Source: an uncultured Planctomycetia bacterium (lineage in GTDB: Bacteria > Omnitrophota > Gorgyraeia > VGKH01 > JBHPFN01). Taken from it: 64,000 nucleotides of DNA. Within the stretch, counting starts at the first letter, position 1; each line of letters starts with the position of its first letter. The stretch lies in the NCBI GenBank assembly GCA_964406665.1, contig CAYOSQ010000003.1, positions 38,641 through 102,640 of the forward strand, written 5' to 3'. The position numbers were made by a program, and so were the translations under genes. Of the stretch, positions 36,526 to 48,086 are shown one piece after another. A model generated the notes under the pieces. That model made no database searches, was not told the DNA's origin, and saw only the letters and a list, made by a program, of their open reading frames with translations.

Positions 36526-37059
36526 ATGAAATTGTTGCTTCATGTATGTTGTGGACCTTGCTTAATTTATCCTTATAGGGAGTTAGCCAGAGAAGGGTTT
36601 GAAGTAGAGGGATATTTTTATAATCCTAACATTCATCCTTTAGCAGAGCATAGAAAACGACAGGAAGCCGTTGAAGCAATATCTAAAGATTTAAATATTA
36701 AGACTAATTATTTTGAATATAATTTTGAACAGTTCTTTTTAGCTATAGGCAAAGATACAGAAAGCCCACAAAGGTGCAAAAAGTGTTGGGAATTACGCCT
36801 TAAGAATACAGCTGAATTTGCCAAGGAAAACAACTATGAGAATTTCTCAACAACTTTACTGGTTAGCCCTTACCAAGATCTTGAAGCAATACAGACAATA
36901 GGTGATAAAATTGCCGAAGAGGTTGGGGTTAATTTTATTTTTCGCGATTTTAGAATAGGATTCCGCCAGGCGCATAACGAGGCTAAGGATAAAGAGATTT
37001 ATTGCCAGAAATATTGCGGTTGTTTGTTTTCAGAAAGGGAAAGGTATAATAAAAGATGA
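36526..37059 (+). CDS. queH: Epoxyqueuosine reductase QueH (DUF208)
   Basis: 177 aa. LLLHVCCGPC N-terminal motif plus C-terminal CQKYCGC cysteines characteristic of QueH. Sits in a queuosine cluster. Confidence 0.8.
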   Translation: MKLLLHVCCGPCLIYPYRELAREGFEVEGYFYNPNIHPLAEHRKRQEAVEAISKDLNIKTNYFEYNFEQFFLAIGKDTESPQRCKKCWELRLKNTAEFAKENNYENFSTTLLVSPYQDLEAIQTIGDKIAEEVGVNFIFRDFRIGFRQAHNEAKDKEIYCQKYCGCLFSERERYNKR

Positions 37060-37280
37060 GCGAGATAAGTATATTTGGTAGAGTTATAGTTGTTATGGGT
37101 GGGATTTTCTTGCTGCTTGGAATTATACTTTGTTTTGCAGATAAAATTCCATGGTTCGGTAAATTGCCTGGTGATTTTATGATTTCAAAGAAAGATGTCT
37201 CCTTCTACTTTCCAATTGCAACTAGTCTTCTAATTAGTATAATTATTACATTGTTCCTCTGGCTATGGTATCGAAAATAA
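37056..37280 (+). CDS. DUF2905-like small membrane protein
   Basis: 74 aa. Two TM helices with KIPWFGKLPGDF loop motif. ATGA-coupled to queH. Confidence 0.6.
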   Translation: MSEISIFGRVIVVMGGIFLLLGIILCFADKIPWFGKLPGDFMISKKDVSFYFPIATSLLISIIITLFLWLWYRK

Positions 37281-38396
37281 TAAAGATAATCTTAGGGTTT
37301 TTTATTATTGCTTGCCTTTATGTTAATTTAACTGCTTATGAGCAGAAGTTTGTGCGTGTTGCTGTTTTAAAAGATGCAAAAACCTTTAATTTGAGCATTG
37401 CAGGCGGCTTTAAGGTTTTTGCTCTTTATACTGGAGAAGAGCTACAAACTTCTAGACGGTTGAAAAGATCAAAAGTAGCTCCTTTATCTAGAGGATTAAA
37501 AATAGGTAGTGATGTTTTTCCTATTGTAGGAGTTAAAATAATCCCTGATAAAGATGCATCAATCTATATAAATAAGCGAAGGTTCAGAGGAGAAATTGAT
37601 ATTATTCGCGAGAAGGATTTGCAACTTCTTGTGGTGAATCGGCTTGACGTAGAGGATTATATTAGAGGGGTTCTTTATCATGAAATATCACATAGATGGC
37701 CACTGGAGGCAATTAAGGCTCAGGCTGTTGCGGCCAGAACCTATGCTTATTATCAAACTATAGTCAATAAAGAGAAAGATTATGATGTAACTTCTGATAT
37801 TTATTCTCAGGTTTACGGGGGTAAGACTTCTGAAAAGCTGCGAACTAATATTGCAGTTGATAGAACTTTAGGAGAAGTTTTGTTTTATAAAGGAGATATT
37901 CTTCCTGCTTTTTTTCACGCAACCTGCGCAGGCCATACTGAAGATGCCAGTAATCTGTGGAAGGTTGATCTAATACCTTTAAAAGGTGTACCATGTGAAT
38001 TTTGTAGAAGAGCCCCACATTATAGGTGGAAACGAAACCTAAGATTAAAAGATATCCAAGATAAGCTAAATAAAGCTGGTTATGATATTTGGTTAATTGA
38101 GAATATTGAAGTAGTAGAAAGAAATAAATCCAAAAGGATCATTACTATAAAGATTACTGATAGGTTAGAGAAGAGCATTACTATTTCTGGTAAAGATTTT
38201 CGCCTGCTTGTTGGACCTAATACAATAAGAAGCAATAATTATTCTGTTGTAATGAAAGGCTATTATGTTGATTTTTTAGGGTATGGCTGGGGTCATGGAG
38301 TTGGTCTGTGCCAATGGGGTGCGTATTTTATGTCCCGTAAAGGGATGAAATATAAAGAGATCCTTAACTATTATTATCCACATACTAAAATTATAA

Positions 38397-38410
<14 letters not shown>
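37265..38410 (+). CDS. SpoIID/LytB-domain protein (amidase enhancer family)
   Basis: 381 aa. Signal anchor. SpoIID core ...YLRGVLYHEISHRWPLEAIKAQAVAARTYA.... Confidence 0.75.
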
Positions 38411-41202
<2,792 letters not shown>

Positions 41203-41256
41203 TAGCTAAACAGGATGGCACAAGCTCAAAACGGGCTTAGTTTAAAAAGGAGAGGT

Positions 41257-41856
41257 ATGATGAAAAAAGTTTTATTTGTTTCTTTAGTAGTAGGTGTGTT
41301 TTTCAGCTTCGTTTTGGTTGGTTGTGGTGGACAGCAAGAAGAAAAAGACATGGTTAAAGAAGATGCTGTATCAGCCGATAAAGTTATCAAAGATTTCGTT
41401 GAGACAGTGAAAGTTCCTCAGGAAAAATTTAGCTTTGAAGAAGTAGATATAGCTTTATTCCAAAGGTTAAAGCAGGCCGGTGGAAAAAGTGATGCCGAAG
41501 CTTTTGAATTAATGGGACTTAGTTATTTTAAACAACAGACAAACGATAAAGCTATCTTGTTTTTAAAGAGAGCCGTCGAGTTAGATCCGAGCCTTTTTGG
41601 CTCTTGGTATACCCTAGGTTTACTTCATATAAATACAAAACAGGGCAATGATTACTTTTTGAAATCTATTGAAGTTAATCCTGATTATGCCTTGCCTTAT
41701 TATTATTTAGCTTTCACTTATTTTAATCATAAAGCATACAAGGAAGCTGCTATTCTTTTTACAAAATACTTAGAGGTTGCAAAAGACGATCCTAGCGAGG
41801 TAGATCGTTATAAAGCTGTACAGGAAATATTGAATAAGATGCGCGGATCTAATTAA
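41257..41856 (+). CDS. TPR-repeat lipoprotein
   Basis: The ORF is open from 41215. I prefer the ATG at 41257 (MMKKVLF...) with RBS AAAGGAGAGG. Lipobox LVGC. TPR-like repeats (ALPYYYLAFTYFNHKAYKEA). Confidence 0.6.
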   Translation: MMKKVLFVSLVVGVFFSFVLVGCGGQQEEKDMVKEDAVSADKVIKDFVETVKVPQEKFSFEEVDIALFQRLKQAGGKSDAEAFELMGLSYFKQQTNDKAILFLKRAVELDPSLFGSWYTLGLLHINTKQGNDYFLKSIEVNPDYALPYYYLAFTYFNHKAYKEAAILFTKYLEVAKDDPSEVDRYKAVQEILNKMRGSN

Positions 41857-41941
41857 GAAATTCCGGCTAGGTGTAAGTTTAAACCTATTATGAAGTAGAG
41901 TTTATCTCGTTTTCGATAGTTGATAATTTTTCCAAAGTTAT

Positions 41942-41969
41942 TTGCAAAAAGGCCATTATTAGGTATAAT
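41942..41969 (+). promoter_or_regulatory. Candidate sigma70 promoter TTGCAA-16-TATAAT for rplS
   Basis: -35 TTGCAA 41942-41947. -10 TATAAT 41964-41969. About 40 nt upstream of rplS ATG, with AAGGAGG RBS. Confidence 0.55.
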
Positions 41970-42008
41970 ACGTCATAAAACTTCAAGTAATATTCAAGGA
42001 GGAAAATA

Positions 42009-42353
42009 ATGAAAAGAATTGAAGAAATCGAAAAAGAAATGATGAAAAAAGAAGTCCCTGAGTTTAAAGCGGGTGATACCATTAAGGTTATGGTAAAAGT
42101 ACCCGAGGCGGATAAGGTACGCATCCATCCTTTCGAAGGTTTGGTTATAAAGAAGAAAGGAAGGGGCACTAGTACCACCTTTACCTTAAGAAAGACATCC
42201 TTTGGTGAGGGAGTTGAGAGGGTATTTCCGCTTTTTTCACCGATAATTGAGAGTATTCAGCTTATTCGTAAAGGTAAGGTTAGAAGAGCCAAGATTTATT
42301 ACGTTAGAAGGAAAATAGGAAAAGGCGCTAAAATAGATTCTGTACGCGTTTGA
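42009..42353 (+). CDS. rplS: 50S ribosomal protein L19
   Basis: 114 aa. [29 protein letters not shown] motifs. Confidence 0.95.
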   Translation: MKRIEEIEKEMMKKEVPEFKAGDTIKVMVKVPEADKVRIHPFEGLVIKKKGRGTSTTFTLRKTSFGEGVERVFPLFSPIIESIQLIRKGKVRRAKIYYVRRKIGKGAKIDSVRV

Positions 42354-43003
42354 TGTTTTATTACGAGAACCGGTTTAAAAAACAAGGGATTAATTATATT
42401 GTTGGTGTCGATGAAGCAGGTTGTGGTCCTTTAGCTGGACCGGTTGTTGCCGCAGCAGTTTTTCTTAAAAAGTATAAGTTTCAAAACAGAATAGATGATT
42501 CAAAAAAACTCACCGCGCTATCGCGTGAACGTGCCTTCGAAGAAATTTTAGATAACTCCATTGTCGGCATAGGAATAATTAGCGAAAATGGAGTAGATTC
42601 ATTAAATATATTGAAGGCATCACATATGGCAATGGAGAGAGCAATTAATATTTTGTTTTCAAAATTGAACAAACTACACAACAAAAATAACAAATTTCAT
42701 TTCAATAAAACATTTGTATTAATTGACGGAAGAGATGTATCTTTTCAGCTACCTTGTAGGCACAAATCAATTGTGGATGGTGATGCTAAAAGTATAAGCA
42801 TTGCCAGTGCCTCTATTATTGCTAAGGTAATCAGAGACAGAATTATGAATATTTACGACAGAGTTTTCCCAGATTATGGTTTTGCCTGTCATAAGGGTTA
42901 TGGAACCAAAAAGCATAAAGAAGCAATTAATCGTCATGGTCCGACTTCAATACACAGAAAGACATTTAGCCCTGTAAGATGTCAAGAAAGCATATCGAGC
43001 TAG
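42350..43003 (+). CDS. rnhB: Ribonuclease HII
   Basis: 217 aa. [16 protein letters not shown] active site, DDSKKL. Confidence 0.9.
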   Translation: MMFYYENRFKKQGINYIVGVDEAGCGPLAGPVVAAAVFLKKYKFQNRIDDSKKLTALSRERAFEEILDNSIVGIGIISENGVDSLNILKASHMAMERAINILFSKLNKLHNKNNKFHFNKTFVLIDGRDVSFQLPCRHKSIVDGDAKSISIASASIIAKVIRDRIMNIYDRVFPDYGFACHKGYGTKKHKEAINRHGPTSIHRKTFSPVRCQESISS

Positions 43004-43362
43004 GAGAATCCGGAGAACAGTTAGCAGTAGAATTTTTGTCTAGCAAAGGCTATAAAATTCTTGAGCGAAATTTTAAATCCAAGTTAGGCGAAATCGATAT
43101 AGTTGCAAAAGATAAAAAAACGATTTGTTTTATAGAAGTCAAAACAAGATCAAATTTAGAAAAAGGCTTGCCGCAAGAATCTATCACTATGCGCAAGCAA
43201 CATCAAATCTCTAAGACTGCATTAAGTTATTTAAAATTTAAAGGTTTAATAAATTCAAAGGCAAGGTTTGACGTCGTGAGTATAATTAAGTCTGGCGAGG
43301 CTGCACCTAGTATTGATTTAATAAAGAATGCCTTTGAGCAAGATAACCGGTATAGTTATTAG
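42979..43362 (+). CDS. yraN: YraN-family (UPF0102) predicted endonuclease
   Basis: 127 aa. GE..A..FL...GY.IL.RN.....GEIDIVA......FIEVKTR signature. Conserved rplS-rnhB-yraN neighbourhood. Confidence 0.8.
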   Translation: MSRKHIELGESGEQLAVEFLSSKGYKILERNFKSKLGEIDIVAKDKKTICFIEVKTRSNLEKGLPQESITMRKQHQISKTALSYLKFKGLINSKARFDVVSIIKSGEAAPSIDLIKNAFEQDNRYSY

Positions 43363-43371
43363 GAGGAAAAC

Positions 43372-45063
43372 ATGCTTACTGATTTAGAGATAGCCCAAAA
43401 AGCAAATATGGTTCCCATAAAGAAGATTGCAGGTAAGGTTGGTATAAAAGAAAATGAATTAGAGTTTTACGGAAATTATAAAGCAAAGGTTTCTCTGGAT
43501 ATTTTAGAGAGGATCAAAAACCGTCCACAGGGAAAATATATTTTAGTTACCGCAATCACACCAACACCATTAGGCGAAGGGAAGACAGTAACTACCATAG
43601 GTTTATCTATGGCGTTAAATAGGCTAAAGAAAACAATTACTTGTATTAGACAACCTTCTTTGGGTCCGGTATTTGGAATAAAAGGAGGTGCGGCCGGCGG
43701 TGGATATTCTCAGGTAGTCCCTATGGAGGATTTTAATTTACATTTTACCGGTGACGTCCATGCAGTTGGTTTGGCCCATAATCTTTGTGCAGCGTTTTTG
43801 GATAATCATATTTATAAAGGAAATAAACTTAACATCGATACTGATTCAATTAGTTGGAAAAGAGTAGTTGATATCTCGGACAGATATTTACGTAACGTAA
43901 AGATAGGTCTAGGGGGAGATAAAGACGGGATTCCTAGAGATTCTGGATTCGATATAACAGTTGCATCTGAAGTAATGGCTATTTTAGCCTTAGCTGATAA
44001 TTTAGGTAATCTGCGCAAAAGAATCTCTAAAATAGTGTTAGCTCAGACTAAAGACGGTAAGCCAGTAACAACAGAAGATATAAAAGTTGCAGGTGCTATG
44101 ACAGCTTTAATGAAAGATGCTGTTAAGCCAACATTTATTCAGACCGTAGAAAACACCCCTGTTTTAGTGCACGCTGGGCCATTTGCCAATATCGCTCACG
44201 GTAATAGCTCGATAATAGCTGACAATATTGCTTTAAGGTTAGCTGATTGCGTTGTAACCGAGGCAGGATTTGGCGCAGATTGTGGTGCTGAGAAGTTCTT
44301 TAATTTAAAATGTCGTATAAGCGGCCTTAAGCCAAATGCAGTTGTTGTAGTTAGTTCTATTCGAGCTTTGAAGATGCACAGCGGAAGGTTTAAGGTTGTA
44401 GCTGGTAAACCATTAGAAGAAGGTTTGCTTAAAGAGGATCTTTCTGCATTAGAAGAAGGCTTCTGCAATCTGGCGAAACATATTGAAAATATGAAACACT
44501 TCGGAGTTCCTGTCGTAGTTGCGGTAAATAAATTTACTACAGATACACAAAATGAAATTGATCTTATTATCAAGAAATCCCGAGAAGCTGGAGCTGAAGA
44601 CTGTGTTTTAAGTGACGTCTGGGCAAATGGTTCTACCGGTGGTTTAGATTTAGCAAAAGCGGTTTTAAAAGCTGCTGAGAAAAAGAGCGATTTTAAATTC
44701 TTATATCCATTGGATATTCCCATAAAAGATAAAATTAAAACTATTGCAACTAAAATTTATGGGGCTAAGGATGTAGAATATTCAGAGGTTGCCAATAAGC
44801 AGATAGATGATTTTACCCGTTTAGGTTTTGATAAAATTCCTATATGTATGGCAAAAACACATCTTTCACTTTCACATGACCCTAAGTTAAAGGGAAGACC
44901 ACAGGGCTTTACTTTACCGGTTCGTGAAGTTAGGTTATCTGCGGGAGCAGGATTTCTCTATCCGCTTTGTGGAACTATGCGTACAATGCCAGGATTGCCA
45001 TCTCGACCTGCAGGTGAAGATGTGGATATTGATGAAAACGGTGTAGTGAAGGGATTATTTTAA
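43372..45063 (+). CDS. fhs: Formate-tetrahydrofolate ligase
   Basis: 563 aa. DLEIAQ, PTPLGEGKTVTTIGL P-loop. Full-length FTHFS. Confidence 0.95.
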   Translation: MLTDLEIAQKANMVPIKKIAGKVGIKENELEFYGNYKAKVSLDILERIKNRPQGKYILVTAITPTPLGEGKTVTTIGLSMALNRLKKTITCIRQPSLGPVFGIKGGAAGGGYSQVVPMEDFNLHFTGDVHAVGLAHNLCAAFLDNHIYKGNKLNIDTDSISWKRVVDISDRYLRNVKIGLGGDKDGIPRDSGFDITVASEVMAILALADNLGNLRKRISKIVLAQTKDGKPVTTEDIKVAGAMTALMKDAVKPTFIQTVENTPVLVHAGPFANIAHGNSSIIADNIALRLADCVVTEAGFGADCGAEKFFNLKCRISGLKPNAVVVVSSIRALKMHSGRFKVVAGKPLEEGLLKEDLSALEEGFCNLAKHIENMKHFGVPVVVAVNKFTTDTQNEIDLIIKKSREAGAEDCVLSDVWANGSTGGLDLAKAVLKAAEKKSDFKFLYPLDIPIKDKIKTIATKIYGAKDVEYSEVANKQIDDFTRLGFDKIPICMAKTHLSLSHDPKLKGRPQGFTLPVREVRLSAGAGFLYPLCGTMRTMPGLPSRPAGEDVDIDENGVVKGLF

Positions 45064-45065
45064 TT

Positions 45066-45608
45066 ATGTACAAAAATAAAAGTATAAAGAGATATCTGGA
45101 TGATTTGGCAGCAAAAAAGCCAGCTCCGGGTGGAGGTTCGGTATCTGCTTTGGTTGCTGCAACCGGGGTTGCTTTGCTTTCTATGGTAGGTAATTTTACA
45201 GTCGGAAAAGAAAAATACAAAGGATATGAAAAAGAGATAAAAAAAATCTTAAAACTTACTGAAAAAATATTAAAGAATTTGCTTGAATTAGTTGATTTGG
45301 ATGTTGTATCATATAAAAAAGTTGCTATAAATAAGAAAAAATCTCACATCTTATATCAAAAATCTTTAAAGCAAGCAACTAATGTTCCGTTAAAAATAAC
45401 TCAATTAAGTTTACAAGCTTTGAAACTCTGTCCAATTTTAGAAAAAAAAGGAAATAAATATTTAGTTAGCGATGTTCACGTAGCTGATGCGTTGCTTCAC
45501 TCAGCCATTAAGTCTGCTGTGATAAATGTCAGAATCAATCTTCCGTATATCAAAGATAAGAAATTTGTATCAGGTATTTCTCGTCAACTGAAATCTTGGA
45601 GGGTATAA
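45066..45608 (+). CDS. Cyclodeaminase/cyclohydrolase family protein (FTCD C-domain-like; putative methenyl-THF cyclohydrolase)
   Basis: 180 aa. AAKKPAPGGGSVSALVAATGVALLSMV matches the formiminotransferase-cyclodeaminase C-terminal / FchA family. Confidence 0.7.
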   Translation: MYKNKSIKRYLDDLAAKKPAPGGGSVSALVAATGVALLSMVGNFTVGKEKYKGYEKEIKKILKLTEKILKNLLELVDLDVVSYKKVAINKKKSHILYQKSLKQATNVPLKITQLSLQALKLCPILEKKGNKYLVSDVHVADALLHSAIKSAVINVRINLPYIKDKKFVSGISRQLKSWRV

Positions 45609-46457
45609 ATGTCAGCAAATCTTCTAGAGGGTAAACCCCTAGCAGCAACAATTAAAGAAAATTTAAAGAAAGAAATTGAAAGTTTGAAAAAGGCGCCGGT
45701 TTTAACTTGTGTATTTGCAGGAGAAGATTGTGGTGCTGAGTGCTATTGTAAATCACAGAAGAAGACTGCTGATAATTTAGGTATAGATTATAGATTAGAA
45801 AGATTGTCCGCAGATATATCTGAGCAAGATTTAATCGAATTTATAAAGAAGCTTAATAATGACGTAAGTGTAAACGGCATTATAGTACAAATGCCTTTGC
45901 CAAAACAAATTGACTATAAGGCAATTAGTTCTTTTATAGCTCCTGAAAAAGATACCGAGGGTATGCATCCTGAGAATTTAGGTAAAGTCTTAATGGGTAA
46001 ATCAAAGATAGCCCCTTGTACAGCGTCAGCTGCAATGGCGTTAATTGAGTCAACAGATGTTAATTTAAGAGGAAAAGAGGTCGTAGTTGTTGGACATAGT
46101 GAGATAGTAGGGAAGCCTTTAAGTTTGCTTCTTCTGGAGAAATTCGCCACAACTACAGTATGTCATATAGGAACTTCTGAGGCAGGAAAACTTATTGAGC
46201 ACGTTGGTAAAGCCGAGATTTTGGTTGTTGCCGTTGGTGTTCCCGGATTAATAAAAGGTGAATGGATAAAAGAAGGTGCAGTTGTAATCGATGTTGGCAT
46301 CAACCGTGTTGAGGGTAAGATTGTCGGTGATGTTGAGTTTGAACAAGCAGAAAAAAGAGCGTCTCAAATAACTCCGGTTCCCGGTGGCGTAGGTCCACTT
46401 ACGGTAACTATGCTTATGCGTAATTTAGTTGAGGCTACAAAACTACAAAGCAAATGA
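45609..46457 (+). CDS. folD: Bifunctional methylene-THF dehydrogenase / methenyl-THF cyclohydrolase
   Basis: 282 aa. VVVGHSEIVGKPL, PVPGGVGP motifs. Confidence 0.9.
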   Translation: MSANLLEGKPLAATIKENLKKEIESLKKAPVLTCVFAGEDCGAECYCKSQKKTADNLGIDYRLERLSADISEQDLIEFIKKLNNDVSVNGIIVQMPLPKQIDYKAISSFIAPEKDTEGMHPENLGKVLMGKSKIAPCTASAAMALIESTDVNLRGKEVVVVGHSEIVGKPLSLLLLEKFATTTVCHIGTSEAGKLIEHVGKAEILVVAVGVPGLIKGEWIKEGAVVIDVGINRVEGKIVGDVEFEQAEKRASQITPVPGGVGPLTVTMLMRNLVEATKLQSK

Positions 46458-47323
46458 CATTTAAAGAAAAAATACAATCAGGAAAATTTTTGCTAACTTC
46501 TGAAGTTGGCCCACCGAAAGGTATCGAATCTCAAGAATTGCTTGAAGACGCTGAGTTGATAAGAGACCGTGTTGATGCAATCAATGTAACAGACCTGCAG
46601 TCTTCAGTAATGCGCTTGGGATCTTTAGCAGTTTGTAAAATGCTTATCGATAAAGGATTTGAACCGATATTTCAGATGACTTGCCGCGATAGAAACCGTC
46701 TGGCACTTCAATCAGACCTTTTATCTGCAGCAGCATTTAAAATCGAGAATGTCTTAGCTCTTACCGGCGACCATCCTTCTTTAGGGGATCATCCTGATGC
46801 AAAATCTGTTTTTGATTTAGAAAGCGTTCAGTTACTGCAGACAATCAAAACATTAGAATCAGGCAAAGATATGGCGGGGAATGAATTAAAGGGTGAATTC
46901 CCCAAATTCTGTAAAGGTGCTGTTGTTAACCCTGGCGCAGATCCTTTAGATCCCCAGATTATGAAGATGGAGAAAAAGATAGAAGCTGGCGCAGAATTTT
47001 TCCAGACTCAGGCCGTATACGATATAAAGCAATTCGAAACTTTTATCAGCAAAGTAAAACATCTTAAGGTCCCGATAATGGCTGGTATTGTACTTTTGAA
47101 ATCAGCTGGTATGGCAAAATTTATGAATAAGAATGTTGCTGGCGTAGATGTCCCGGAAAATTTAATAAAAGAAATGCAGGAAACGCAAGATAAATCAGCC
47201 ACTTCGATTGAGATAGCAGCACGGTTAATTAAAGAACTTAAACCCATGTGCCAAGGAATCCACGTTATGCCTATTGGTTGGGATAAAAAGGTTCCTTTGG
47301 TTTTAGACGCCGCAGGACTTTAA
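46454..47323 (+). CDS. metF: Methylene-tetrahydrofolate reductase (acetogen-type small MetF)
   Basis: 289 aa. ..TSEVGPPKG..., LALTGD... TIM-barrel MTHFR signatures. Sits inside a Wood-Ljungdahl (WL) gene run. Confidence 0.8.
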   Translation: MTFKEKIQSGKFLLTSEVGPPKGIESQELLEDAELIRDRVDAINVTDLQSSVMRLGSLAVCKMLIDKGFEPIFQMTCRDRNRLALQSDLLSAAAFKIENVLALTGDHPSLGDHPDAKSVFDLESVQLLQTIKTLESGKDMAGNELKGEFPKFCKGAVVNPGADPLDPQIMKMEKKIEAGAEFFQTQAVYDIKQFETFISKVKHLKVPIMAGIVLLKSAGMAKFMNKNVAGVDVPENLIKEMQETQDKSATSIEIAARLIKELKPMCQGIHVMPIGWDKKVPLVLDAAGL

Positions 47324-48075
47324 TGAAGATTGCAGTTACTGGAAAAGGTGGTTCTGGAAAAACAACAACAGCTGCAGGATTAGCACTTACAATTAAAGAA
47401 AAAGGTAGAGAAGTAATTGCTCTTGACTGCGATCCGGATATGAATTTAGGCTTAAGCCTTAATTTTTCGGATCACGATAAAATTACCCCGATCTCTGAAA
47501 TGAAACAGCTTATTGCCCAGCGCAGTGAAGTTGAATCACTAGATAAGCCTACAACTTTTTTCAAACTTAACCCGAAAGTAGATGATATTCCTGAAAAGTT
47601 CTCTAAGGAAAGTGACGGAATAAAACTTTTAGTTATGGGTAAAGTTAATAAAGCAGGTGGTGGATGCATGTGTCCGGAGAATTCATTTATCAAAAGCCTG
47701 CTTAATCATCTTATCATCAACGAAAGTCAGTTTGTTATTATGGATATGGTGGCAGGCACAGAACATTTAGGCCGGGCAACAGCAAAGGCTGTAGATGCAT
47801 TTATTGTTGTGGCGGAACCAACCCAGATGGGCGTTGCGACAGCAAAAAGAATAAAAAAGCTATCAACTGAGCTGGGAATAAAAAGAGTTCTTTATATCGG
47901 TAATAAAATTAGCTCGGGTAAAGATACGGAATTCTTGAAAAAAGAATTGGGAAAAGATTTCTTAGGATTTTTATCATATAGTAAGACTTTAGAAGAATCT
48001 CGCGGTAGATTTCAATTTGACGATAAAAGTAAAGCAGAATTTGAATCAATTTATGAAACTTTAGCTAATATATAA
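47323..48075 (+). CDS. cooC: CODH nickel-insertion accessory ATPase (CooC/AcsF family)
   Basis: 250 aa. Deviant Walker A TGKGGSGKTT. Conserved CxC (GGGCMCPE) nickel-site motif. Confidence 0.85.
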   Translation: MKIAVTGKGGSGKTTTAAGLALTIKEKGREVIALDCDPDMNLGLSLNFSDHDKITPISEMKQLIAQRSEVESLDKPTTFFKLNPKVDDIPEKFSKESDGIKLLVMGKVNKAGGGCMCPENSFIKSLLNHLIINESQFVIMDMVAGTEHLGRATAKAVDAFIVVAEPTQMGVATAKRIKKLSTELGIKRVLYIGNKISSGKDTEFLKKELGKDFLGFLSYSKTLEESRGRFQFDDKSKAEFESIYETLANI

Positions 48076-48086
48076 GGAGATATGTA

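Noticed and set aside
41215-41256. Upstream extension MAQAQNGLSLKRRG of the TPR lipoprotein ORF
   Set aside because: It has no RBS. The downstream ATG at 41257 is preceded by AAAGGAGAGG and begins a canonical lipoprotein signal peptide.
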